A DNA stretch of 64,000 nucleotides from Polyangiales bacterium (GTDB taxonomy: Bacteria > Myxococcota_A > Polyangia > Polyangiales > Polyangiaceae). Shown here piece after piece: positions 32,570-42,409 of this stretch; position 1 is the stretch's first letter, and every line of letters starts with the position of its first letter. The notes beneath the pieces are model-generated. The model was not told the DNA's origin and made no database searches. It saw only the letters and a list, made by a program, of their open reading frames with translations. The position numbers and the translations under genes were made by a program. Where the stretch lies: positions 1 to 64,000 of the forward strand of contig JBBRNJ010000039.1 of assembly GCA_038230375.1 (NCBI GenBank). Direction: 5' to 3'.

Positions 32570-33880
32570 TCACGCAAGCGCGCTTGCGATCACGCTGCCG
32601 GAGGAGATCTCGTAGCTGGCGGCGGCTTGCGGAACGCCCATCGCTGCGAGCATGGTTCGACCGTACGACGCGAGCGTGTCCGTGGTCTTCACATCACCGC
32701 TCGGTGAGCCCTTGCCGCTCTTGGAGTCGATCGGCAGCGCGCCGTAGTCGCCGGCCACTGGCGCAACGCCGCCGATGATGCCCGCCTTGAACGGCTTTCC
32801 GATCGTGAATGACACCTGGTGATTCGGGTTGTGGCTACGCCCGTCTATGTTGCTCGCGTTGAGCGTGCGACCGAAGACGTTGAGCGACATCAGGCTCACC
32901 TGGTCGGTGAGACCCGTGCTCGCAAGCAACGCCATCAGGTCGGCGATGGCCTGTACGCCGGACACGGTCTCCGCCGTCTCGTTGGCGAGCGCGATGTCAC
33001 GGTGGTTGTCTCCGCTGAACGGGATGTGGATCGCGATCACGGGCGTGACCTTCATCTGGATGAGCGCGACCGCAGCCTTGATCTGCGACGAGATCGAGTT
33101 GTCCGTGATCTGCGTGAGCTGGTTCAGGAGCTCCTGCTTGATGTTGCGCACCTGAGATTGTGACGTCACGAGCGAGTCGATGTACTGCTTCTGCGCAGCA
33201 TTCGCCTCGTTCTTGTAGATGCCGTAGAGCTGGTTCAGCGTCTGATCGCGCAGCGGCTGCAGGTTTGTCAGCGGCCCTGCGGGATTCGTCAACGTGGCCT
33301 TCAGCGCGAGCGCCGGAATGATCGGCAGCGCCTGACCGCCGAACGTGAGCCCTTCGGACGGCGACGATGCGCCCAGGCTGATCGGCTGAGACTGGATGGT
33401 GCCCAGGCACGGCGCAAGGTGCTTCGCGAGGATCGACGGCAGCATCTCACCGGCGCTCGTCGTGCCCATCAGTGAGAGCACGTCCGGCTCCTTTGGATGC
33501 ACGGGTGTGTTCGTCATCAGGTGCCAGAACGTCGTGCGGTCGAGCACGCTCTGCGGCAGCTTGGACCACGGCATGGCGGCGGTGGTCTTCTGCCCACCCA
33601 GCGAGAGCGCTGTGGCCGCCATCAGCGGATCCTTCGGATGGTAGATCTTCGAGTCCTCGTAGGTACCAGGTACGTTCGCATTGATCGCGTCGCCGTTGCC
33701 GGAGGTCGCGAAGATCACGAACTGCGCCTTGCCGGCCGCGACTCCGCACGCGGGAACGTCCGCGAGCGCCTTGCGCGGATCCAGGAGCAGCGCGGCGGGA
33801 AGCCCGGTCGCGAGCGAGCGCAGTCCAATGTAGCCTGCGCCAAGGAGCGCGCCTCTGAGTGCTTGCCGTCTCGTGAGCAT
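32570..33880 (-). CDS. Tat-exported DUF1501/DUF1552-like protein
   Basis: MLTRRQAL twin-Arg signal, GDNH, NVFGRTL, GRSHN, GIIGG. Confidence 0.75.
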   Translation of the reverse strand: MLTRRQALRGALLGAGYIGLRSLATGLPAALLLDPRKALADVPACGVAAGKAQFVIFATSGNGDAINANVPGTYEDSKIYHPKDPLMAATALSLGGQKTTAAMPWSKLPQSVLDRTTFWHLMTNTPVHPKEPDVLSLMGTTSAGEMLPSILAKHLAPCLGTIQSQPISLGASSPSEGLTFGGQALPIIPALALKATLTNPAGPLTNLQPLRDQTLNQLYGIYKNEANAAQKQYIDSLVTSQSQVRNIKQELLNQLTQITDNSISSQIKAAVALIQMKVTPVIAIHIPFSGDNHRDIALANETAETVSGVQAIADLMALLASTGLTDQVSLMSLNVFGRTLNASNIDGRSHNPNHQVSFTIGKPFKAGIIGGVAPVAGDYGALPIDSKSGKGSPSGDVKTTDTLASYGRTMLAAMGVPQAAASYEISSGSVIASALA

Positions 33881-33892
33881 GACAGGTCTCCT

Positions 33893-35995
33893 TTACAGTC
33901 CGATCGAGACGGCCGACGGCGCGAGGCACGCGACGACGAACGTGGATTTGAGAGCGTCGGTGGGCGCGGCGCCGGTCTTCACCGCAGCGTCGAAGTGCGA
34001 CTGCAGCGCGGCGATCGAGGGAGCTGACCGCTTGTCGGAGGGCGTGAGCGCCATCACGATCTGCACGAAGTCGGCGGCGGCAGCGCCGGGCGCGGCGCTC
34101 GACCACTGCTTCTGACCAGCGACCGGGTTCTTCGGATCGACGACGAGGTCCGCGATGGCCCCGCAGATGTTCTCCGCGCCGGCGCGGAAGAAGAGGCTGG
34201 GCGCGTTCGGAAGCACCGGCGCGACGGAGCCGCGGCCATACCCATCCGACGGAAGCCCGGACACGATCTCGCTGATGGTGCCGATCGACTTTCCTTTCTG
34301 AACGGTGGTCGGGTCCAGGTCGCAGATGTCCGCGAACCCAAGGCGCGCGTTGAGCGCCGCGCAGAGGTGGTCACGTCGCGACACGGCGATGACCTCCCCC
34401 TGGTCCGCGAGGGTCTTCGTTGCCTTCGCGCTGGTGGTGATGGGTGACGAGAGCAGATCCCGCACGAGCGCGTTCCAGTCAAAGTGCGCGGCCGCGAACG
34501 CCGTCACGATTCGCTGCACCTCCGGGTCCGCGGAGTCGCACTTGCGCGAGTTCGCGTAGTAGCAGAGCTTCTGCACCCAGGCCTGCGCGAAGAGGGGATG
34601 ACTCGCGAGCGTGGCGCCGAACTCGTCGAGCGAAGCGACGGGCTTCGTCACGCCCTGGAACGAGAAGAGGCCCGGCTGCGCCGAGAAAGCAGCCTCCGTC
34701 TGGTTGTGATAGTTCCACGACATCTGCGACGCGAAGATCGAGCGCGTCGGGTCCAGCGTCTGGTGGCACGACACGCACGCGGGAGAATTCGCGTGAGTCG
34801 CGTCCAGGCCAGGTGTGCTGGTCGGCTGCGTCGTGTCGGTGCCGTCCACCGCGGCGCCAAGGCCCACGATGAGCGCCTGGTTCATGGTGACGCGCATCTG
34901 GTTCGACGTGTTCGTCTGCCAGTTGGCGAAGAACGCGGGCGTGCTGAAGAAGCCCACGCGCGGCACGCGGAGCACGAGCTCCGTCCCGGCGCGCAGCTTG
35001 TCGAGCCCGTAGAACGGAGTGATCGGCTCCCCAGCTTTCGGCGCGCGCGTCGTGACCATCTTCCACGTCGCGAAGTCGTCGGCGGTGAGCGGACCAGCGA
35101 GCTGGCCCGCGATCGGCGGGCAATTGGTCCCGCCGTTGGGATTCGGACGTCCGTCGAGCGAGCCCTGAAGCACGCGCTGGACCGTGTTCGCAAGCCCTCC
35201 GCCCTTGTACACGATCGGGTCGGTGAAGCAGCCTGGGTATGCGGCGTCGAGGGTCGCGAGGTTGGGATTCGTGAACGTCAGGAAGTTCGCGTTCGTCGGG
35301 TCGAGCGAGTCGGCGATCGGGATATCCGTTCCGGTGATCGTCACCTTGGCGTTCGGATAGAGCGCGCGCATGCGGTCCGTGACCTTGCCGGCGTCGTCTA
35401 CCTGCCACGCATCCAGGTACGCGTAGAATTCCATGAGCGCGGGGGTCATCATGAACGACCGCGTGGTCATCGCCTCCGTGAGCGAGTGCCCCTGGGAGAC
35501 GAGCGCCGAGACGGTCCGCGCGAAGCTCTCGATCGCATTCTGGACCAGCAGCGGCGTGGTCTGCTTGTTGATCGAGACGCGCTGCGGGAAGGTCTGGTCG
35601 GTGAAGTCCACGTCGGCGATCTGCGTTTGCTGGAACGCGAGCTCGAAGAAGCGGATCATCTTCGTCTGGTACTGCGGAAGCTGCTGCCACTGTCCGATGA
35701 GCGTCGCGAGCTTGCTCGGATCCGCCTCCACGGCCTTGACCTCCTCGTCAGTGGGGGGAAGGCCAACGAGGATGTTCTTCACCTTGGCGACGTAGACGGC
35801 TGGCGGAGACGTCTCGACCGGGAGGGGCGCACTCGCTGCTGAAAGCGGCTGCGCGGGCTGTCCCGTGGAGTCGTCGTGCGAGCCCCCGCCGGTTCCGCAG
35901 GCGGCCAGGGCGGCGAGCGCAGACACGAGCGTGCCGGCGAGCATGGTGGTTCTGTTCCGCATTCGTGACCTCTGGTGTTCGGTGGAGTGGTTCAT
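33893..35995 (-). CDS. DUF1592/DUF1588/DUF1585-like lipoprotein with one heme-c motif
   Basis: Lipobox LAAC, CVSCHQTLDP, WVQKLCYYANSR; ATGA overlap with the upstream gene. Confidence 0.72.
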   Translation of the reverse strand: MNHSTEHQRSRMRNRTTMLAGTLVSALAALAACGTGGGSHDDSTGQPAQPLSAASAPLPVETSPPAVYVAKVKNILVGLPPTDEEVKAVEADPSKLATLIGQWQQLPQYQTKMIRFFELAFQQTQIADVDFTDQTFPQRVSINKQTTPLLVQNAIESFARTVSALVSQGHSLTEAMTTRSFMMTPALMEFYAYLDAWQVDDAGKVTDRMRALYPNAKVTITGTDIPIADSLDPTNANFLTFTNPNLATLDAAYPGCFTDPIVYKGGGLANTVQRVLQGSLDGRPNPNGGTNCPPIAGQLAGPLTADDFATWKMVTTRAPKAGEPITPFYGLDKLRAGTELVLRVPRVGFFSTPAFFANWQTNTSNQMRVTMNQALIVGLGAAVDGTDTTQPTSTPGLDATHANSPACVSCHQTLDPTRSIFASQMSWNYHNQTEAAFSAQPGLFSFQGVTKPVASLDEFGATLASHPLFAQAWVQKLCYYANSRKCDSADPEVQRIVTAFAAAHFDWNALVRDLLSSPITTSAKATKTLADQGEVIAVSRRDHLCAALNARLGFADICDLDPTTVQKGKSIGTISEIVSGLPSDGYGRGSVAPVLPNAPSLFFRAGAENICGAIADLVVDPKNPVAGQKQWSSAAPGAAAADFVQIVMALTPSDKRSAPSIAALQSHFDAAVKTGAAPTDALKSTFVVACLAPSAVSIGL

Positions 35996-37194
35996 GGTTT
36001 GGCCCACGCGGCGATCGCTGCGCGCTGGGCATCCGTGAGAGCGATGGGGGCGCCGGGGGGTGGCATGGACGTGGCGGTGCCGGCCTGCGTGACGGTGCGC
36101 GCGTAGATGTGCTCGCGGCGCGCGCTCCACGTGGCGTAGGTGGAGAGATCGATGCTCGAGGAGTCCTTGCCACTGCCAGCCGGGCTATGACAGTTGCTGC
36201 AGACGGCGGCGTAGATGGGCTGGATGGTCGTGTTCCAGGAGGCCTCGTCGTCAGAGGCTCCGAGATCACCGGCGGCGCCCGCGCTCATGCGCGAGAGGTG
36301 ACCACCGGTCAGCGTCCACACGTCACCGGACGGAGAGCCGACAAGGCGCGCATCCGCGGGCAACGTACCGCCGGAGGCGAGCGTGACTGCGCCGGCGCGA
36401 AAGACGCCAAGGTCGCCGTCCACGGAGAACCAGATGTTGCTGCCAGCGCCCGCGAGCTGATGAATCGTGCGATCGCCAGCGTCGTAGAGAACCACCGCGG
36501 CGCCGGCGCTGACCTGGTAGAGGCGATGCGGCGTGGCCGCGAGCAGATCGCCCGCCTGGTCATAGGCAACGAGCTGCGCGTCGGGCAGCGTCACATCGCT
36601 CTCCTTGCCGCCGTCGAACACCCGGACTGCGGCGCCGTCCGCGAGCGCGACCGCGCTGCCGTGAGCAGCGATCGCCTTCGCGCTTCCCTGGTAGCGCGTG
36701 ACGTTCGCTCCGTCGGTGACGGCGACGCCGGTCGCGAGCATGAACGCCGCGGTTGGTGCGCCGCCGGCGACGTCCTGCACCTTGTCCATCGCGAGCCCAT
36801 ACCTGTCGCTCACCGCGCTCGCGGGCGACCCATCGATGGACATGCGCTGGAGCACGCCGTTGCCATCCACCCCGACGACCCAGGTCGACTGGCCGTCGGG
36901 CGAGGGGAGCTGCGCCGCGGACTTCCATGTGGTGATCTCTCCGTCCGTGCTCACGACGGCGCCGCTCACGAGCGTGACGATCCCCTTCGACCCGAGCACA
37001 AGCAGCGACTTGTCGATCTCGACGACGGCCTGCGCGGCGCCCACGTCGAGGTTCGCCGGATTCCACGCCACGGTCGTGAGCGTCAGAGCCGCGGGTGCGG
37101 ATGCCAACGAGCTCGTCGTGTTGTTGTGACTGCTGCTGCAACCAGCGAGCACGAGGAGGACGCACGCGAGCGACGGATGGCGGATGGGCAGCAC
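35992..37194 (-). CDS. Beta-propeller-like lipoprotein with C-terminal cytochrome c domain
   Basis: Lipobox LAGC, short beta repeats (GDVW, NIWF), PIYAAVCSNCH...SMPP...LTDAQRAAIAAW; start approximate. Confidence 0.8.
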   Translation of the reverse strand: MLPIRHPSLACVLLVLAGCSSSHNNTTSSLASAPAALTLTTVAWNPANLDVGAAQAVVEIDKSLLVLGSKGIVTLVSGAVVSTDGEITTWKSAAQLPSPDGQSTWVVGVDGNGVLQRMSIDGSPASAVSDRYGLAMDKVQDVAGGAPTAAFMLATGVAVTDGANVTRYQGSAKAIAAHGSAVALADGAAVRVFDGGKESDVTLPDAQLVAYDQAGDLLAATPHRLYQVSAGAAVVLYDAGDRTIHQLAGAGSNIWFSVDGDLGVFRAGAVTLASGGTLPADARLVGSPSGDVWTLTGGHLSRMSAGAAGDLGASDDEASWNTTIQPIYAAVCSNCHSPAGSGKDSSSIDLSTYATWSARREHIYARTVTQAGTATSMPPPGAPIALTDAQRAAIAAWAKP

Positions 37195-37389
37195 GACGCG
37201 AACGTGAGCAACTCCCATGCTAGGTGAAGTGGTGTGGAACTCCGACACAGAGGCCACGTGTAGACGACAGTTTGCACGACTCTCGGGGCCCGCCCTGGAC
37301 GTGGGCGCGTTCACCCCATGAACGAAAATCTGTTCTCGCGTGAGTCAGGGCACGGGCACTGCGGCAGCCGAGCGGATAGCCTCCGTGGA

Positions 37390-38586
37390 ATGCCGACGTA
37401 CACGTCGCCTCCGCCAGCGCGGCCACTTCATCCCATCGCCGCGTGGCTCATCGATCGCAGCTCCCGGCGCGAGCCGCTCGAGTCGCTCTTCGACGGGCTG
37501 GCAACGAGGCTCGCTGCACGAGGTGTCGTGGTCTCACGCATGTCCACGAGCATGCCAACGAAGCACCCCGAGGTCTACGTGCGCAACGTGGAGTGGAAGG
37601 CTTCTGGCATCCTCCTCGTCCGTCCGCGCAAGCACGACATCGTCGCCTCGCCTGAGTACAAAGGCAGCCCTGCGGCGCAGATCTTCGAGGGCGCGTCGTC
37701 CGTGCGGAAGCGCCTCATCCCCGGGTCCGTGCTCGACCTACCGATCTACGTCGAGCTCGCCGCAGCTGGGGCAACGGACTACTACGCCACGTCGCTCGTC
37801 TTCGCGGATGGTGGCCGTACGTTCTTCTCGTTCGCCACGGACGAGGCGAGCGGCTTTGCCGACGACGCGCTACAGCTCTTCGACGAGCTCGCGCCGTTCC
37901 TCGGGTTGCGGCTCGAGATCGACGCCTCGCGCTTCACGCTGCAGTCGCTCCTCTCCGTGTACCTTGGCGAGAACGCGGCGGCGCGCGTCGTCTCGGGGAG
38001 CTTCAAGCGCGGCGGCGGAGAGATCATCCGCTGCGCCATCTTCTTCTCCGACATGCGCGGCTTCACGAACCTCGCAGATCACACGTCACCGCTCGACGTC
38101 GTGCGCACGCTCGACGCCTACTTCGAGCGCGTCGCCGGGCCCGTCGGCAACCACCGCGGCGAGGTGCTCAAGTTCATCGGCGACGCCGTGCTCGCGATCT
38201 TCCCCTGCACGTCGGGCGCGGACGGAAAGCCAGACGACGCCGCCGCGTGCAAGCGCGCGCTCGCCGCCGCACGAGAGGCCGTCACAGACCTCGCCGCGCT
38301 GAACCATGAGCGAGGCGGAGAGCCGCTCGCGCTCGGCATCGCGCTCCACCTTGGCGACGTGATGTACGGCAACATCGGCGCGCGCGATCGTCTGGATTTC
38401 ACGGTCATCGGCGCGGCCGTGAACGAAGCAAGCCGCGTCGAGGGCATGTGCAAGGTCGTGGGCGCGAAGATCCTCATGACACGCGCTTTCCAGGAGGCGC
38501 ACCCCAACGGCACGGTGAGCGTCGGACGACACGCGCTGAAAGGCGTGAGCGAGGAGCACGAGCTCTTCACCGTTGATGATGCGTGA
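37390..38586 (+). CDS. Class III adenylate/guanylate cyclase, soluble
   Basis: FSDMRGFT, KFIGDAV, GNIG..RLDFTVIG..VNEASR; K/D pair suggests ATP specificity. Confidence 0.92.
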   Translation: MPTYTSPPPARPLHPIAAWLIDRSSRREPLESLFDGLATRLAARGVVVSRMSTSMPTKHPEVYVRNVEWKASGILLVRPRKHDIVASPEYKGSPAAQIFEGASSVRKRLIPGSVLDLPIYVELAAAGATDYYATSLVFADGGRTFFSFATDEASGFADDALQLFDELAPFLGLRLEIDASRFTLQSLLSVYLGENAAARVVSGSFKRGGGEIIRCAIFFSDMRGFTNLADHTSPLDVVRTLDAYFERVAGPVGNHRGEVLKFIGDAVLAIFPCTSGADGKPDDAAACKRALAAAREAVTDLAALNHERGGEPLALGIALHLGDVMYGNIGARDRLDFTVIGAAVNEASRVEGMCKVVGAKILMTRAFQEAHPNGTVSVGRHALKGVSEEHELFTVDDA

Positions 38587-38605
38587 TGCTGTGCGAGAGG
38601 AACAG

Positions 38606-38678
38606 CGCCCCCGGCAAGAGTCGAACTTGCGACCAACGCTTTAGGAAAGCGCTGCTCTATCCACTGAGCTACGAGGGC
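38606..38678 (-). tRNA. tRNA-Arg(CCT), CCA not encoded
   Basis: Minus strand GCCCTCGTAGCTCAGTGGATAGAGCAGCGCTTTCCTAAAGCGTTGGTCGCAAGTTCGACTCTTGCCGGGGGCG folds as a cloverleaf. Confidence 0.96.
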
Positions 38679-38765
38679 GGAAAACCACGCGAGAAAGCTC
38701 TCGCACGCTAGCTAGAAGCGGAGCTTCCCTCAAGTCGTACGTTGTGGTGGTAGCCTTTCCGGGTC

Positions 38766-39419
38766 ATGGCGAACTCCTCCCACCGCCTGGTTCTCCACTC
38801 GTACTGGCGCTCCTCCTCCTCTTATCGCGTTCGCATTGCCCTCGCGCTGAAGCAGGTGCCGCACGAGTTGGTGACGGTGAATCTGCTCTCCAACGAGCAG
38901 AAATCGGCGGCCTACATGAAGGCCATGAACCCGATGGGCAATGTTCCGTGCCTCGTCGTGGACGATGAGCCCTTCATCGAGTCCGTCGCCATCATCGAGC
39001 TGCTCGAGGACCTCTATCCCGAGCCGTCGCTGTATCCGAAGTCTCCCAGGGAGCGCGCGCACGTCCGCGCCCTGTGCGAGATCATCAATGCGGGCACACA
39101 GCCTTTCCAGAACCTCTCCGTCCTCGGTCGGCTCGAGTCCGACGACGCGCGCAAGGCGTGGGCCTCGAGCTTCATCGCTCGCGGGCTCGGCGCGTTCGAG
39201 ACTCTCCTCGCGCAGCGCGAGCGCGCCGGTCCGTTCTGCTGCGGCGACACGATCAGCGCCGCCGACGTCTTCCTCGTGCCCCAGGTGATGGGCGCGGTTC
39301 GCTTCGGTGTGGATCTGGAGCCGATGCCGCGCATCCGCCGCGCAAACGAGGCCGTCCTCGCGCTTCCCGCCGTCCAGTCCGCACGCCCCGAGTCCCAGCC
39401 CGACGCGCTCAAGGCCTGA
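38766..39419 (+). CDS. maiA: Maleylacetoacetate isomerase (GST zeta)
   Basis: YWRSSSSYRVRIAL, NPMGNVP, GTQPFQNL, LVPQV, PESQPD. Confidence 0.9.
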   Translation: MANSSHRLVLHSYWRSSSSYRVRIALALKQVPHELVTVNLLSNEQKSAAYMKAMNPMGNVPCLVVDDEPFIESVAIIELLEDLYPEPSLYPKSPRERAHVRALCEIINAGTQPFQNLSVLGRLESDDARKAWASSFIARGLGAFETLLAQRERAGPFCCGDTISAADVFLVPQVMGAVRFGVDLEPMPRIRRANEAVLALPAVQSARPESQPDALKA

Positions 39420-39429
39420 TAAGGGGGCC

Positions 39430-41103
39430 GTGGAGCAGACGTTGCGTTCCTTCTTCACAGAGATCGCGCGCAGAGGTCGCCGGGCTGCCGGCCTCTCCTT
39501 GATCGCCACATGCGCGGTGCTGCTCTTGCCGTCGGCTGCCGTCGCCGGGCCGCTGCGCACCTGGGGCACGGACGACCCTCCGACGGACGTGCCGAAGGAT
39601 CCTGCGCCCCCCGACGACACCGACCCTCCGCCTCCTCCGCCTCCTCCGCCTCCTCCACGGCCCACGCCCGTCGACACCGACACGCCGCCACCAGAAGAGG
39701 ATCCGCACGCGGGCGTCGTGAGGACGCCGGGCAAGGTCGGCCTCAAGTACACGCTCGAGGGTGTCGAGGTCCGCGGCAACACCACCACGCTCTCGCGCGT
39801 GATCCTGAGCTACGTGCCGTTCCGCCCGGGCGACGTGCTGGACGTGGACAGCCGCGAGCTCGAGCAGCTTCGCTTTCGCCTCCTGGGCACCGGGTACTTC
39901 CGCGATGTGCAGCTGTCGTTGCGCAAGGGCTCGCGACGCGGACTCGTCATCCTCGTCGTCTCGATACGCGAGCGGAACACGATCATCCTGAACGACGTGT
40001 GGCTCGGGCTCTCCGCAGACGCGGACCCCAGCGGCACTGCACGCCCCCTCACCGCGTACGCGGGCGTCGACGCCGCGGAGACGAACCTGCTCGGCACCGG
40101 CATGGCGCTCGGCGGCGCGATCGCGTTCGCGGATAGGCAGCTCGCGCTCCGTGCGCGCTTCTCCGATCCACACTACCTGCTACGTGTCGTCGGCATTCGC
40201 GCGGAAATGGTCTACAACGACGCGCGCGATTTCTTCGGCAACCGCGACGTCCAGGTGGACGACCCGTCCCAGAAGACGAGCACTGACTACGCCATCGCGA
40301 ACTACCGACGCTTCGGCGGACTCGTTGGCTTGAGCCGCGATCTGGGCACGTCCACGCAGCTCTTCTTCGACTACCGGCTCGAGCGCCTCGAGGCCACGCT
40401 CCCGCTGGCGGCCAGCCACGTGCGCGGGCTGGATCGGGAGCCCATCAACTTCTTCATCGACCGCGGCGGCAGCGTGCTCTCGACCGCGCGCATGCAGTTC
40501 GCGTACGACACGCGCGACGAGCCGATCCTCCCCACGCGCGGCCAGCAGCTCAACGCCTCCGCGGAGACCGCGCTCACGCCGCTCGGCGGCGACTACCCGT
40601 ACACGAAGCTGTTCGTGCGCGGCACCACGCATCATCTCCTCTCGAACGGGCACGTGCTCCGCTTCGAGGCCACCGCGGGCGCCATCTTCGGCAACGCGCC
40701 CATGTTCGAGAAATTCTACGTCGGCGACTTCACCGACCTCTTGCCCGATCGCGTGCTGGACCTTGCGTTCGATCGTCGCGCCGCGCCGAACTTCCTCGGC
40801 ACCGCCGTGAAGGAGGTCCGCTACGGCGACCTTGCCGCGCGCGCCACGGTCGAGTACCGCATCCCGATCTACCGTGGACAGAAGACCACGTATGGCATCG
40901 ACGCGTTCGGCAGCACTGGCCTCTATGCCATCGCAGAAAACCGCGACATCGCGGACCCGCCGCGCGGCTACACCGGCTTCGCGCGCTTCCCCGTCGACCT
41001 GACGCTGAACCTCGGCCTGCGCATCGACACGTCCGTCGGCGGGTTCGCGCTGGGCATCTCCAACGTACTCGGGTTCATCCCGGTGAGGAGCACATCGCAA
41101 TGA
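39430..41103 (+). CDS. POTRA + Omp85-like beta-barrel outer membrane protein
   Basis: VEVRGNTTT..RLLGTGYFRDV..IRER POTRA, ETNLLGTG, YDTRD..PTRG; Pro-rich linker; start approximate. Confidence 0.8.
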   Translation: MEQTLRSFFTEIARRGRRAAGLSLIATCAVLLLPSAAVAGPLRTWGTDDPPTDVPKDPAPPDDTDPPPPPPPPPPPRPTPVDTDTPPPEEDPHAGVVRTPGKVGLKYTLEGVEVRGNTTTLSRVILSYVPFRPGDVLDVDSRELEQLRFRLLGTGYFRDVQLSLRKGSRRGLVILVVSIRERNTIILNDVWLGLSADADPSGTARPLTAYAGVDAAETNLLGTGMALGGAIAFADRQLALRARFSDPHYLLRVVGIRAEMVYNDARDFFGNRDVQVDDPSQKTSTDYAIANYRRFGGLVGLSRDLGTSTQLFFDYRLERLEATLPLAASHVRGLDREPINFFIDRGGSVLSTARMQFAYDTRDEPILPTRGQQLNASAETALTPLGGDYPYTKLFVRGTTHHLLSNGHVLRFEATAGAIFGNAPMFEKFYVGDFTDLLPDRVLDLAFDRRAAPNFLGTAVKEVRYGDLAARATVEYRIPIYRGQKTTYGIDAFGSTGLYAIAENRDIADPPRGYTGFARFPVDLTLNLGLRIDTSVGGFALGISNVLGFIPVRSTSQ

Positions 41104-41804
41104 TGCGCGCCCCCTCCCGGTTCCTCGCGCGCCCGCGCATGACGCTCCTTGCGTTGGCGCTGTCCTTCGCGTTCGTCACGCCACGCGACGCGCACGCAGA
41201 CGAGCCCGCGCCCGCCGCACCGAAGACGCTGCCCGAGCGCGGCGCGAACTACACGTGGGACAAGGCGCTCTTGCGTGCGGGCTACTCGTATCGCGACGCG
41301 ATGGATCGTCCGATGACGGACAAGCTGTCGTCGGGTCTGCCCACGGTGATCGCGATGCGCGCCTACGTGGTGAAAGACGGCTCGAACGATCCGGTCGCCC
41401 TCTCCATCCGCACCTGTCGCGTGGTCTACGATCTCTGGGATGAGGTGTATCGCATCCGCGTGTCCTCCTCCGGAGGCGAGCGCGAGAGCGCCGCCGTGAA
41501 CGTGGAGGGTGTGCTGCGTCAATGCGCCGAGGTGCGCGACCAGGCCATCGTCGACCGCTCGCTCCTCGAGGTGGGGAAAGCCTACTATCTGGGCGTCATC
41601 GTCGAGGTGAATCCGATCTCCCCTCAGATGCTCGACCAGATGCGTCGGTGGGTGAGCAAGCCCGCGGGCGCCACCAGCATCGGGCCGGGCGATGCGCTCT
41701 TCGGCTCGTTCGTGGGCCTGTTCGTGCGGCAGATCGGCAGCGCGGACCGTACGGTCCGCTTCAAGACGCCCATCTTCACCCCCCCGCCTCCACCGTCGCC
41801 GTAG
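41100..41804 (+). CDS. Secreted protein, DUF4390-like
   Basis: Signal peptide, LSSGLPT, VVYDLWDEVYRI; ATGA overlap. Confidence 0.65.
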   Translation: MMRAPSRFLARPRMTLLALALSFAFVTPRDAHADEPAPAAPKTLPERGANYTWDKALLRAGYSYRDAMDRPMTDKLSSGLPTVIAMRAYVVKDGSNDPVALSIRTCRVVYDLWDEVYRIRVSSSGGERESAAVNVEGVLRQCAEVRDQAIVDRSLLEVGKAYYLGVIVEVNPISPQMLDQMRRWVSKPAGATSIGPGDALFGSFVGLFVRQIGSADRTVRFKTPIFTPPPPPSP

Positions 41805-41860
41805 CCCATATAGGCGACAGTCCGACCAAAACTTTCGCCGGGTGGATGCGTCCAACAGGA

Positions 41861-42394
41861 ATGCAGCGCGCCCTCGCGTTCCTTTTCATGCTCTCGCTCG
41901 TCACGTTCGCCGTCCTTTCGCCGGAGGAGAGCGCCCGCGCCAGCGGCCAGAGCTCCCGCCGCGCGACCAAGATCATGGTCTCCAAGTCCGGCCACGAGAT
42001 GAAGCTGTACGACAGCGCAGGGCTCATCGGCACCTACACGGTGTCCATCGGGAATGGCGGCACTGGGCCCAAGCTGCGCGAGGGCGACAGGGTGACGCCC
42101 GTCGGCAACTATCACGTCACGTGGAAGGGCCCGTCGCGCTTCGGCACGTTCATGCTGCTCGACTATCCGAACGCGGACGACCGCGCGCGCTTCGCAAAGC
42201 TCAAGGCCACGGGCGCCATCTCGAAGAACGCGCGCATCGGCGGCGACGTGGGCATCCACGGCGGCGGTCCGGTCTACGCCAAGGGCGACGAGATCAACGA
42301 CTGGACACTTGGCTGTGTCGCCGTGGATGACGACCAGATCAAGGAAGTCGCCCCCATGGTCGCGCCAGGCACGCTGGTCGTCATCGAGGACTGA
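41861..42394 (+). CDS. L,D-transpeptidase (YkuD family)
   Basis: KLREGDRVTPVGNY, LDYPN, IHGG...WTLGCVAV. Confidence 0.9.
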   Translation: MQRALAFLFMLSLVTFAVLSPEESARASGQSSRRATKIMVSKSGHEMKLYDSAGLIGTYTVSIGNGGTGPKLREGDRVTPVGNYHVTWKGPSRFGTFMLLDYPNADDRARFAKLKATGAISKNARIGGDVGIHGGGPVYAKGDEINDWTLGCVAVDDDQIKEVAPMVAPGTLVVIED

Positions 42395-42409
42395 GGCTAT
42401 AGACCGGGC

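Noticed and set aside
37348..37363. sigma54-like GGGCACGGGCACTGCG before the cyclase
   Set aside because: Spacing is right but both half-sites deviate; likely by chance in GC-rich DNA
38606..38678. tRNA-anchored genomic island
   Set aside because: No integrase and no duplicated tRNA 3' end noticed in the window
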